From Eledone cirrhosa (taxonomy: Eukaryota), in NCBI GenBank assembly GCA_964016885.1, contig OZ024741.1:257796001-257860000 (forward strand): a stretch of DNA of 64,000 bases. Direction: 5' to 3'. The translations under genes and the position numbers were made by a program. The notes beneath the pieces were generated by a model. It was not told the origin of the DNA and did no database searches. It saw only the letters and a list, made by a program, of their open reading frames with translations. Positions 24,969-37,869 of the stretch are shown here, in pieces (position 1 is the stretch's first letter; each line of letters begins with the position of its first letter).

Positions 24969-26561
24969 GTTTCGCTTTACGAGTGTTTCGACTTACGAGT
25001 GTTTCGACTTACGAGTGTTTCGACTTACGAGTGTTTCGACTTACGAGTGTTCTGACTTACGAGTGTTCTGACTTACGAGTGTTTCGACTTACGAGTGTTC
25101 TGACTTACGAGTGTTCTGACTTACGAGTGTTCCGACTTACGAGTGTTTCGACTTACGTGTGTTTCGACTTACGAGTGTTTCGACTTACGAGTGTTTCGGC
25201 TTACGAGTGTTTTGACTTACGAGTGTTCTGACTACGAGTGTTCTGACTTACGAGTGTTTCGGCTTATGTGTGTTTCGACTCACGAGTGTTTCGGCTTATG
25301 AGTGTTTCGACTTACGAGTGTTTCGGCTTACGAGTGTTTCGACTTACGAGTGTTTCGACTTACGAGTGTTTCGACTTACGGGTGTTTCGACTTACGAGTG
25401 TTTCGACTACGAGTGTTTCGACTTACGAGTGTTTCGGCTTACGAGTGTTTCGACTTACTAATGTTTTTACTTACGAGTGTTTCGGTGTACGAGTGTTTCG
25501 ACTTAAGGATGTTTCGATTTACGAGTGTTTCGACTTACGAGTGTTTCGGCTTACGTGAGTTTCGACTTAAGAGTGTTCTGATTTACGAGTGTTCTGACTT
25601 GCGGGTGTTCTGATTTACGAGTGTTCCGACTTACGAGTGTTTCGGCTTATGAGTGTTTCGACTTACGAGTGTTTCGGCTTACGAGTGTTTCACCTTATGG
25701 GTGTTTCGACTTATGAGTGTTTTTACTTATGGTGTTTCGGCTTCCGAGTGTTTCGACATACGAGTGTTTTGACTTACGGGTGTTTCGGCTTACGAGTGTT
25801 TCGACTTACGAGTGTTTCGGCTTACGAGTGTTTCGACTTACTAATGTTTTTACTTACGAGTGTTTCGGCGTACGAGAGTTTTGACTTACGAGTGTTTCGA
25901 CTTACGAGTATTTCGACTTACGAGTATTTTGACTTACGAATGTTTTGACTTACGGGTGTTTCGGCTTACGAGTGTTTCGACTTACGAGTCTTTCGGCTTA
26001 CGAGTGTTTCGACTTACTAATGTTTTTACTTACGAGTGTTTCGGCGTACGAGTGTTTCGACTTACGAGTGTTTCGACTTACGGGTGTTTTGACTTACGGG
26101 TGTTTCGGCTTACGAGTGTTTTGACTTAAGGGTGTTTCGACTTACGAGTATTTTGGGCTTACGAGTGTTTCGACTTACGAGTGTTTTGACTTACGAGTGT
26201 TCTGATTTACGGATGTTTCGACATACGAGTGTTCAGACTTACGAGTGTTCCGACTTACGAGTGTTTCGGCTTACGAGTGTTTCGGCTCACGAGTGTTTCG
26301 ACTTACGAGTGTTTCGACTTACGAGTGTTTTGACTTACGGTGTTTCGGCTTACGAGTGTTTCGACTTACGAGTGTTTTGACTTACTGGTGTTATGACATA
26401 CGAGTGTTTCGATACGAGTGTTTCGACTTACGAGTGTTCTGACTTACGAGTGTTCTAACTTACGAGTGTTCTGACTTACGAGTGTTCTGACTTACGAGTG
26501 TTCCGACTTACGAGTGTTTCGGCTCACGAGTGTTTCGGCTTACGAGTGTTTCGACTTACGA

Positions 26562-26630
26562 AAATAACAAATAGACGCGGTTTCAAATCTCTATGCTTTT
26601 CAAATTCATTACATTAATCTTTATTTATAC
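26562..26630 (+). repeat. 69-bp AT-rich island, copy 9 (context B)
   Basis: Matches island consensus. Confidence 0.97.
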
Positions 26631-27839
26631 GTTTCGCTTTACGAGTGTTTCGACTTACGAGTGTTTCGGCTTACGAGTGTTTTGACTTACGAGTGTTTTG
26701 ACTTACATGTGTTTCGACTTACGCGTGTTTCGACTTACGAGTGTTTCGACTTAAGAGTGTTTCGGATTACGAGTATTTTGACTTGAGGGTGTTTCGACTT
26801 ACGAGTGTTTCGATACGAGTGTTTCGACTTACGAGTGTTCTGACTTACGAGTGTTCTGATTTACGGATGTTTCGACACACGAGTGTTTCGAATTACGAGT
26901 GTTTCGACTTACGAGTGTTTTGACTTACGGGTGTTTTGACATACGAGTGTTTCGATACGAGTGTTTCGACTTACGAGTGTTCTGACTTACGAGTGTTCTG
27001 ACTTACGAGTGTTCTAACTTACGAGTGTTCTTACTTACGAGTGTTCCGACTTACGAGTGTTCCGACTTACGAGTGTTTCGGCTTACGAGTGTTTTAATTT
27101 ACGAGTGTTTTGACTTACGGGTGCTTCGACTTACGAGTGTTTCGACTTACGAGTTTTTCGACTTACGATTGTTTCGGCTTACGAGTGTTTTGACTTACGA
27201 GTGTTCTGACTACGAGTGTTCTGACTTACGGGTGTTCTGACTTACGAGTGTTCCGACTTACGAGTGTTTCGGCTTATGAGTGTTTCGACTTACGAGTGCT
27301 TCGACTTACGAGTGTTTCGGCTTACGGGTGTTTCGACTTACGAATGTTTTTGCTTACGAGTGTTTCGGCTTACGAGTGTTTAGGCTTATGAGTGTTTCGA
27401 CTTACGAGTGTTTTGACTTACGAGTGTTTCCGCTTACGAGTGTTTCGGCTTACGAGTGATTCGACTTACTAATGTTTTTACTTACGAGTGTTTCGGTGTA
27501 CGAGTGTTTCGACTTAAGGATGTTTCGACTTACGGGTGTTTCGGCTTACGAGTGTTTCGACTTACGAGTGTTTTGACTTATGAGTGTTCCGACTTACGAG
27601 TGTTCCGACTTACGAGTGTTTTGACTTACGAGTGTTTCGACTTACCAGTGTTTTGACTTACGAATGTTTTGACTTACGGGTGTTTCGGCTTACGAGTGTT
27701 TCGACTTACGAGTGTTTCGGCTGGCGAGTGTTTCGACTTACGAGTGTTTTGACTTAAGGGTGTTTCGACTTACGAGTGTTTCGACTTACGAGTGTTTCGA
27801 CTTACGAGTGTTTCGGCTTACGAGTGTTTCGACTTACGA

Positions 27840-27908
27840 AAATAACAAATAGACGCGGTTTCAAATCACTATGCTTTTCAAATTCATTACATTAATCTTT
27901 ATTTATAC
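27840..27908 (+). repeat. 69-bp AT-rich island, copy 10 (context A)
   Basis: One substitution (AAATCACT for AAATCTCT). Confidence 0.97.
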
Positions 27909-30727
27909 GTTTCGCTTTACGAGTGTTTCGACTTACGAGTGTTTCGACATACGAGTGTTTCGACTTACGAATGTTTTTGCTTACGGGTGTTTCGACTTAC
28001 GAATGTTTTTGCTTACGAGTGTTTCGGTTTACGAGTGTTCCGACTTACGAGTGTTCCGACATACGAGTGTTTCGGCTTACGAATGTTTCCGGCTTACGAG
28101 TGTTTCGACTTACGAGTGTTTCGACTTACGAGTGTTTCGACTTACGGGTGTTTTGACTTACGGGTGTTGTGAATTACGAGTGTTCCGATTTACGAGTGTT
28201 TTGACTTACGGTGTTTCGGCTTACGAGTGATTCGACTTACGAATGTTTTGACTTACGGGTGTTTCGGCTTATGAGTGGTTCGACTTACTAATGATTTTAC
28301 TTACGAGTGTTTCGGCGTACGAGTGTTTTGACTTACGAGTGTTTCGGCTTACGAGTGTTTCGACTTACGAGTGTTTCGGCTTGCGAGTGTTTCGACTTAC
28401 TAATGTTTTTACTTACGAGTGTTTCGGCGTACGAGTGTTTCGACTTACGAGTGTTTTGACTTATGGGTGTTTGGACTTACGAGTGTTTCGACTTACGAGT
28501 GTTTCGATACGAGTGTTTCGACTTACGAGTGTTCTGACTTACGAGTGTTCTCATTTACGGATGTTTCGACACACGAGTGTTTCGAATTACGAGTGTTTCG
28601 ACTTACGAGTGTTTTGACTTACGGGTGTTTTGACATACGAGTGTTTCGATACGAGTGTTTCGACTTACGAGTGTTCTGACTTACGAGTGTTCTGACTTAC
28701 GTGTGTTCTGACTTACGAGTGTTCTTACTTACGAGGGTTCCGACTTACGAGTGTTCCGACTTACGAGTGTTTCGGCTTACGAGTGTTTTGATTTACGAGT
28801 GTTTTGACTTACGGGTGCTTCGACTTACGCGTGTTTCGACTTACGAGTGTTTCGACTTACGAGTGTTTCGACTTACGATTGTTTCGGCTTACGAGTGTTT
28901 TGACTTACGAGTGTTCTGACTACGAGTGTTCTGACTTACGGGTGTTCTGACTTACGAGTGTTCCGACTTACGAGTGTTTCGGCTTATGAGTGTTTCGACT
29001 TACGAGTGCTTCGACTTACGAGTGTTTCGGCTTACGGGTGTTTCGACTTACGAATGTTTTTGCTTACGAGTTTTTCGGCTTACGAGTGTTTAGGCTTATG
29101 AGTGTTTCGACTTACGAGTGTTTTGACTTACGGGTGTTTTGACATACGAGTGTTTCGATACGAGTGTTCTGACTTACGAGTGTTTCCGCTTACGAGTGTT
29201 TCGGCTTACGAGTGTTTCGACTTACTAATGTTTTTACTTACGAGTGTTTCGGTGTACGAGTGTTTCGACTTAAGGATGTTTCGACTTACGGGTGTTTCGG
29301 CTTACGAGTGTTTCGACTTACGAGTGTTTTGACTTACGAGTGTTCTGACTTACGAGTGTTCTGACTTATGAGTGTTCCGACTTACGAGTGTTCCGACTTA
29401 CGAGTGTTTCGGCTTATGAGTGTTTCGACTTACGGGCGTTTCGACTTACGGGTGTTTCGACTTACGAGTGTTTTGACTTACGAGTGTTCTGACTTACGAG
29501 TGTTCTGACTTACGAGTGTTCCGACTTACGACTGTTTCGACTTACGAGTGTTTTGACTTACGAGTGTTCCGACTTACGAGTGTTTCGGCTTACGGGTGTT
29601 TCGACGTACGAGTATTTTTGGCTTATGAGTGTTTCGACTTACGAGTGTTTTGAATTACGATTGTTTCGGCTTACGAGTGTTTCGACTTATGAGTATTTCG
29701 ACTTACGAGTGTTTTGACTTATGGGTGTTTGACATACGAGTGTTTCGATACGAATGCTCTGACTTACGAGTGTTCTGACTTACGAGTGTTCTGACTTACG
29801 AGTGTTCTGACTTACGGGTGTTCTGACTTACGTGTGTTCCGACTTACGAGTGTTTCGGCTATGGGTGTTTCGACTTACGAGTGTTTCGACTTACTAATGT
29901 TTTGGCTTACGAGTGTTTCGGCTTACGAGTGTATCGACTTACGAATGTTTTGGCTTAAGAGTGTTTCGGCTTACGGGTGTTTCGACTTACGAGTGTTTCG
30001 ACTTACGAGTTATTCGACATACGAGTGTTTCGACTTACGGGTGTTTCGACTTACGGGTGTTTCGACTTATGAGTGTTTCGACTTACGAGTGTTCTGACTT
30101 ACGAGTGTGCTGACTTACGAGTGTTCCGACTTACGAGTGTTTAGGTTTACGAGAGTTTCGACACATGAGTGTTTTGACTTACGGGTGTTTCGACTTAAGG
30201 GTGTTTCGACTTACGAGTGTTTCGGCTTACGAGTGTTTCGACTTACTAATGTTTTTACTTACGAGTGTTTCGGCGTACGAGAGTTTTGACTTACGAGTGT
30301 TTCGACTTACGAGTGTTTCGACTTACGAGTGTTTCGGCTTATGAGTGTTTCGACTTACGAGTGTTTCGGCTTACGAGTGTTTCACCTTATGGGTGTTTCG
30401 ACTTACGAGTGTTTTTACTTATGGTGTTTCGGCTTCCGAGTGTTTCGACATACGAGTGTTTTGACTTACGGGTGTTTCGGCTTACGAGTGTTTCGACTTA
30501 CGAGTGTTTCGGCTTACGAGTGTTTCGACTTACTAATGTTTTTACTTACGAGTGTTTCGGCGTACGAGAGTTTTGACTTACGAGTGTTTCGACTTACGAG
30601 TGTTTCGACTTACGAGTATTTTGACTTACGAATGTTTTGACTTACGGGTGTTTCGGCTTACGAGTGTTTCGACTTACGAGTCTTTCGGCTTACGAGTGTT
30701 TCGGCTCACGAGTGTTTCGACTTACGA

Positions 30728-30796
30728 AAATAACAAATAGACGCGGTTTCAAATCTCTATGCTTTTCAAATTCATTACATTAATCTTTATTTATAC
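30728..30796 (+). repeat. 69-bp AT-rich island, copy 11 (context B)
   Basis: Matches island consensus. Confidence 0.97.
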
Positions 30797-31639
30797 GTTT
30801 CGCTTTACGAGTGTTTCGACTTACGAGTGTTTCGACTTACGAGTGTTTCGGCTTACGAGTGTTTTGACTTACGAGTGTTTTGACTTACATGTGTTTCGAC
30901 TTACGCGTGTTTCAACTTACGAGTGTTTCGACTTGCGAGTGTTTCGACTACGGGTGTTTCGACTTACGAATGTTTTGACTTACGGATGTTTTGACTTACG
31001 GGTGTTTCGGCTTACGAGTGTTTCGACTTACGAGTCTTTCGGCTTACGAGTGTTTCGACTTACTAATGTTTTTATTTACGAGTGTTTCGGCGTACGAGTG
31101 TTTCGACTTACGAGTGTTTCGACTTACGGGTGTTTTGACTTACGGGTGTTTCGGCTTACGAGTGATTTGACTTAAGGGTGTTTCGACTTACGAGTATTTT
31201 GGGCTTACGAGTGTTTTGACTTACGAGTGTTTTGACTTACGAGTGTTCTGATTTACGGATGTTTCGACATACGAGTGTTCAGACTTACGAGTGTTCCGAC
31301 TTACGAGTGTTTCGGCTTACGAGTGTTTCGGCTCACGAGTGTTTCGACTTACGAGTGTTTCGACTTACGAGTGTTTTGACTTACGGTGTTTCGGCTTACG
31401 AGTGTTTCGACTTACGAGTGTTTTGACTTACGAGTGTTCTAACTTACGAGTGTTCTGACTTACGAGTGTTCTGACTTACGAGTGTTTCGATACGAGTGTT
31501 TCGACTTACGAGTGTACTGACTTACGAGTGTTCTAACTTACGAGTGTTCTGACTTACGAGTGTTCTGACTTACGAGTGTTCCGACTTACGAGTGTTTCGG
31601 CTCACGAGTGTTTCGGCTTACGAGTGTTTCGACTTACGA

Positions 31640-31708
31640 AAATAACAAATAGACGCGGTTTCAAATCTCTATGCTTTTCAAATTCATTACATTAATCTTT
31701 ATTTATAC
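31640..31708 (+). repeat. 69-bp AT-rich island, copy 12 (context B)
   Basis: Matches island consensus. Confidence 0.97.
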
Positions 31709-32294
31709 GTTTCGCTTTACGAGTGTTTCGACTTACGAGTGTTTCGACTTACGAGTGTTTCGGCTTACGAGTGTTTTGACTTACGAGTGTTTTGACTTAC
31801 ATGTGTTTCGACTTACGCGTGTTTCGACTTACGAGTGTTTCGACTTGCGAGTGTTTCGACTACGGGTGTTTCGACTTACGAATGTTTTGACTTACGGATG
31901 TTTTGACTTACGGGTGTTTCGGCTTACGAGTGTTTCGACTTACGAGTGTTTCGACTTACGAGTGTTTTGACTTACGAGTGTTTTGACTTACGGTGTTTCG
32001 GCTTACGAGTGTTTCGACTTACGAGTGTTTCGACTTACGGGTGTTTTGACATACGAGTGTTTCGATACGAGTGTTCTGACTTACGAGTGTTCTGACTTAC
32101 GAGTGTTCTGACTTACGAGTGTTCTTACTTACGAGTGTTCTGACATACGTGTGTTCTGACTTGCGAGTGTTCCGATTTACGAGTGTTTCGGCTTATGAGT
32201 GTTTCGACTTACGAATGTTTTTGCTTACGGGTGTTTCGACTTACGAATGTTTTTGCTTACGAGTGTTTCGGCTTACGAGTGTTTCGACTTACGA

Positions 32295-32363
32295 TAATAA
32301 CAAATAGACGCGGTTTCAAATCTCTATGCTTTTCAAATTCATTACATTAATCTTTATTTACAC
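32295..32363 (+). repeat. 69-bp AT-rich island, copy 13 (context C)
   Basis: First base A>T; ends TTTACAC. Confidence 0.97.
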
Positions 32364-33956
32364 GTTTCGCTTTACGAGTGTTTCGACTTACGAGTGTTTC
32401 GACTTACGAGTGTTTCGACTTACGAGTGTTTCGACTTACGAGTGTTCTGACTTACGAGTGTTCTGACTTACGAGTGTTTCGACTTACGAGTGTTCCGACT
32501 TACGAGTGTTCTGACTTACGAGTGTTCCGACTTACGAGTGTTTCGACTTACGTGTGTTTCGACTTACGAGTGTTTCGACTTACGAGTGTTTCGGCTTACG
32601 AGTGTTTTGACTTACGAGTGTTCTGACTACGAGTGTTCTGACTTACGAGTGTTTCGGCTTATGAGTGTTTCGACTCACGAGTGTTTCGGCTTATGAGTGT
32701 TTCGACTTACGAGTGTTTCGGCTTACGAGTGTTTCGACTTACGAGTGTTTCGACTTACGAGTGTTTCGACTTACGGGTGTTTCGACTTACGAGTGTTTCG
32801 ACTACGAGTGTTTCGACTTAAGAGTGTTTCGGCTTACGAGTGTTTCGACTTACTAATGTTTTTACTTACGAGTGTTTCGGTGTACGAGTGTTTCGACTTA
32901 AGGATGTTTCGATTTACGAGTGTTTCGACTTACGAGTGTTTCGGCTTACGTGAGTTTCGACTTAAGAGTGTTCTGATTTACGAGTGTTCTGACTTGCGGG
33001 TGTTCTGATTTACGAGTGTTCCGACTTACGAGTGTTTCGGCTTATGAGTGTTTCGACTTACGAGTGTTTCGGCTTACGAGTGTTTCACCTTATGGGTGTT
33101 TCGACTTATGAGTGTTTTTACTTATGGTGTTTCGGCTTCCGAGTGTTTCGACATACGAGTGTTTTGACTTACGGGTGTTTCGGCTTACGAGTGTTTCGAC
33201 TTACGAGTGTTTCGGCTTACGAGTGTTTCGACTTACTAATGTTTTTACTTACGAGTGTTTCGGCGTACGAGAGTTTTGACTTACGAGTGTTTCGACTTAC
33301 GAGTATTTCGACTTACGAGTATTTTGACTTACGAATGTTTTGACTTACGGGTGTTTCGGCTTACGAGTGTTTCGACTTACGAGTCTTTCGGCTTACGAGT
33401 GTTTCGACTTACTAATGTTTTTACTTACGAGTGTTTCGGCGTACGAGTGTTTCGACTTACGAGTGTTTCGACTTACGGGTGTTTTGACTTACGGGTGTTT
33501 CGGCTTACGAGTGTTTTGACTTAAGGGTGTTTCGACTTACGAGTATTTTGGGCTTACGAGTGTTTCGACTTACGAGTGTTTTGACTTACGAGTGTTCTGA
33601 TTTACGGATGTTTCGACATACGAGTGTTCAGACTTACGAGTGTTCCGACTTACGAGTGTTTCGGCTTACGAGTGTTTCGGCTCACGAGTGTTTCGACTTA
33701 CGAGTGTTTCGACTTACGAGTGTTTTGACTTACGGTGTTTCGGCTTACGAGTGTTTCGACTTACGAGTGTTTTGACTTACTGGTGTTATGACATACGAGT
33801 GTTTCGATACGAGTGTTTCGACTTACGAGTGTTCTGACTTACGAGTGTTCTAACTTACGAGTGTTCTGACTTACGAGTGTTCTGACTTACGAGTGTTCCG
33901 ACTTACGAGTGTTTCGGCTCACGAGTGTTTCGGCTTACGAGTGTTTCGACTTACGA

Positions 33957-34025
33957 AAATAACAAATAGACGCGGTTTCAAATCTCTATGCTTTTCAAAT
34001 TCATTACATTAATCTTTATTTATAC
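33957..34025 (+). repeat. 69-bp AT-rich island, copy 14 (context B)
   Basis: Matches island consensus. Confidence 0.97.
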
Positions 34026-37000
34026 GTTTCGCTTTACGAGTGTTTCGACTTACGAGTGTTTCGGCTTACGAGTGTTTTGACTTACGAGTGTTTTGACTTA
34101 CATGTGTTTCGACTTACGCGTGTTTCGACTTACGAGTGTTTCGACTTAAGAGTGTTTCGGATTACGAGTATTTTGACTTGAGGGTGTTTCGACTTACGAG
34201 TGTTTCGATACGAGTGTTTCGACTTACGAGTGTTCTGACTTACGAGTGTTCTGATTTACGGATGTTTCGACACACGAGTGTTTCGAATTACGAGTGTTTC
34301 GACTTACGAGTGTTTTGACTTACGGGTGTTTTGACATACGAGTGTTTCGATACGAGTGTTTCGACTTACGAGTGTTCTGACTTACGAGTGTTCTGACTTA
34401 CGAGTGTTCTAACTTACGAGTGTTCTTACTTACGAGTGTTCCGACTTACGAGTGTTCCGACTTACGAGTGTTTCGGCTTACGAGTGTTTTAATTTACGAG
34501 TGTTTTGACTTACGGGTGCTTCGACTTACGAGTGTTTCGACTTACGAGTTTTTCGACTTACGATTGTTTCGGCTTACGAGTGTTTTGACTTACGAGTGTT
34601 CTGACTACGAGTGTTCTGACTTACGGGTGTTCTGACTTACGAGTGTTCCGACTTACGAGTGTTTCGGCTTATGAGTGTTTCGACTTACGAGTGCTTCGAC
34701 TTACGAGTGTTTCGGCTTACGGGTGTTTCGACTTACGAATGTTTTTGCTTACGAGTGTTTCGGCTTACGAGTGTTTAGGCTTATGAGTGTTTCGACTTAC
34801 GAGTGTTTTGACTTACGGGTGTTTTGACATACGAGTGTTTCGATACGAGTGTTCTGACTTACGAGTGTTTCCGCTTACGAGTGTTTCGGCTTACGAGTGA
34901 TTCGACTTACTAATGTTTTTACTTACGAGTGTTTCGGTGTACGAGTGTTTCGACTTAAGGATGTTTCGACTTACGGGTGTTTCGGCTTACGAGTGTTTCG
35001 ACTTACGAGTGTTTTGACTTATGAGTGTTCCGACTTACGAGTGTTCCGACTTACGAGTGTTTCGGCTTATGAGTGTTTCGACTTACGGGCGTTTCGACTT
35101 ACGGGTGTTTCGACTTACGAGTGTTTTGACTTACGAGTGTTCTGACTTACGAGTGTTTTGACTTACGAGTGTTCCGACTTACGAGTGTTTCGGCTTATGA
35201 GTGTTTCGACTTACGGGCGTTTCGACTTACGGGTGTTTCGACTTACGAGTGTTCTGACTTACGAGTGTTCTGACTTACGAGTGTTCTGACTTACGGGTGT
35301 TCTGACTTACGTGTGTTCCGACTTACGAGTGTTTCGGCTATGGGTGTTTCGACTTACGAGTGTTTCGACTTACGAATGTTTTGGCTTACGAGTGTTTCGG
35401 CTTACGAGTGTATCGACTTACGAATGTTTTGGCTTACGAGTGTTTCGGCTTACGGGTGTTTCGACTTACGAGTGTTTCGACTTACGAGTGTTTTGACTTA
35501 CGGTGTTTCGGCTTACGAGTTATTCGACATACGAGTGTTTCGACTTACGGGTGTTTCGACTTACGGGTGTTTCGACTTATGAGTGTTTCGACTTACGAGT
35601 GTTCTGACTTACGAGTGTGCTGACTTACGAGTGTTCCGACTTACGAGTGTTTAGGTTTACGAGTGTTTCGACACATGAGTGTTTTGACTTACGGGTGTTT
35701 CGACTTACGGGTGTTTCGACTTACGAGTGTTTCGGCTTACGAGTGTTTCGACTTACTAATGTTTTTACTTACGAGTGTTTCGGCGTACGAGAGTTTTGAC
35801 TTACGAGTGTTTCGACTTACGAGTGTTTCGACTTACGAGTGTTTCGGCTTATGAGTGTTTCGACTTACGAGTGTTTCGGCTTACGAGTGTTTCACCTTAT
35901 GGGTGTTTCGACTTACGAGTGTTTTTACTTATGGTGTTTCGGCTTCCGAGTGTTTCGACATACGAGTGTTTTGACTTACGGGTGTTTCGGCTTACGAGGG
36001 TTTCGACTTACGAGTGTTTCGGCTTACGAGTGTTTCGACTTACTAATGTTTTTACTTACGAGTGTTTCGGCGTACGAGAGTTTTGACTTACGAGTGTTTC
36101 GACTTACGAGTGTTTCGACTTACGAGTATTTTGACTTACGAATGTTTTGACTTACGGGTGTTTCGGCTTACGAGTGTTTCGACTTACGAGTCTTTCGGCT
36201 TACGAGTGTTTCGACTTACGAATGTTTTGGCTTACGAGTGTTTCGGCTTACGAGTGTTTCACCTTATGGGTGTTTCGACTTACGAGTGTTTTTACTTATG
36301 GTGTTTCGGCTTCCGAGTGTTTCGACATACGAGTGTTTCGACTTACGGGTGTTTCGACTTACGGGTGTTTCGACTTACGAGTGTTTCAACTTACGAGTGT
36401 TCTGACTTACGAGTGTTCTGACTTACGATTGTTCCGACTTACGAGTGTTTCGGTTTACGAGTGTTTCGACACACGAGTGTTTTGACTTACGGGGGTTTCG
36501 ACTTACGGGTATTTCGACTTACGAGTGTTTCGGCTTACGAGTGTTTCGACTTACTAATGTTTTTACTTACGAGTGTTTCGGTGTACGAGTGTTTCGACTT
36601 AAGGATGTTTCGACTTACGAGTGTTTCGACTTACGAGTGTTTCGGCTTACGTGAGTTTCGACTTAATGGTGTTTTGACTTACGGGTGTTGTGAATTACGA
36701 GTGTTCCGATTTACGAGTGTTTTGACTTACGGTGTTTCGGCTTACAAGTTATTCGACTTACGAATGTTTTGACTTACGGGTGTTTCGGCTTGCGAGTGTT
36801 TCGACTTACGAGTGTTTCGGCTTATGAGTGTTTCGACTTACTAATGTTTTTACTTACGAGTGTTTCGGCGTACGAGTGTTTTGACTTACGAGTGTTTCGA
36901 CTTACGAGTGTTTTGACTTACGAATGTTTTGACTTACGGGTGTTTCGGCTTACGAGTGTTTCGACTTACGAGTGTTTCGGCTGGCGAGTGTTTCGACTTA

Positions 37001-37099
37001 CGAGTGTTTTGACTTAAGGGTGTTTCGACTTACGAGTGTTTCGACTTACGAGTGTTTCGACTTACGAGTGTTTCGGCTTACGAGTGTTTCGACTTACGA

Positions 37100-37168
37100 A
37101 AATAACAAATAGACGCGGTTTCAAATCTCTATGCTTTTCAAATTCATTACATTAATCTTTATTTATAC
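37100..37168 (+). repeat. 69-bp AT-rich island, copy 15 (context A)
   Basis: Matches island consensus. Confidence 0.97.
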
Positions 37169-37869
37169 GTTTCGCTTTACGAGTGTTTCGACTTACGAGT
37201 GTTTCGACATACGAGTGTTTCGACTTACGAATGTTTTTGCTTACGGGTGTTTCGACTTACGAATGTTTTTGCTTACGAGTGTTTCGGTTTACGAGTGTTC
37301 CGACTTACGAGTGTTCCGACATACGAGTGTTTCGGCTTACGAATGTTTCCGGCTTACGAGTGTTTCGACTTACGAGTGTTTCGACTTACGAGTGTTTCGA
37401 CTTACGGTGTTTCGGCTTACGAGTGATTAGACTTACGAGTGTTTTGACTTACGGGTGTTTTGACTTACGGGTGTTCTGAATTACGAGTGTTCCGATTTAC
37501 GAGTGTTTTGACTTACGGTGTTTCGGCTTACGAGTGATTCGACTTACGAATGTTTTGACTTACGGGTGTTTCGGCTTATGAGTGGTTCGACTTACTAATG
37601 ATTTTACTTACGAGTGTTTCGGCGTACGAGTGTTTTGACTTACGAGTGTTTCGGCTTACGAGTGTTTCGACTTACGAGTGTTTCGGCTTGCGAGTGTTTC
37701 GACTTACTAATGTTTTTACTTACGAGTGTTTCGGCGTACGAGTGTTTCGACTTACGAGTGTTTTGACTTATGGGTGTTTGGACTTACGAGTGTTTCGACT
37801 TACGAGTGTTTCGACTTAAGAGTGTTTCGGATTACGAGTGTTTTGACTTGAGGGTGTTTCGACTTACGA

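Larger units (their letters stand above)
20257..35051 (+). repeat. Higher-order tandem duplication, ~7.35-7.44-kb unit (~20257-27610 and ~27611-35051)
   Basis: Offsets 7354 (20517/27871, 23405/30759, 24317/31671), then 7395 (24983/32378, 26741/34136) and 7441 (27456/34897) after small indels. Each unit carries five islands. Confidence 0.93.
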
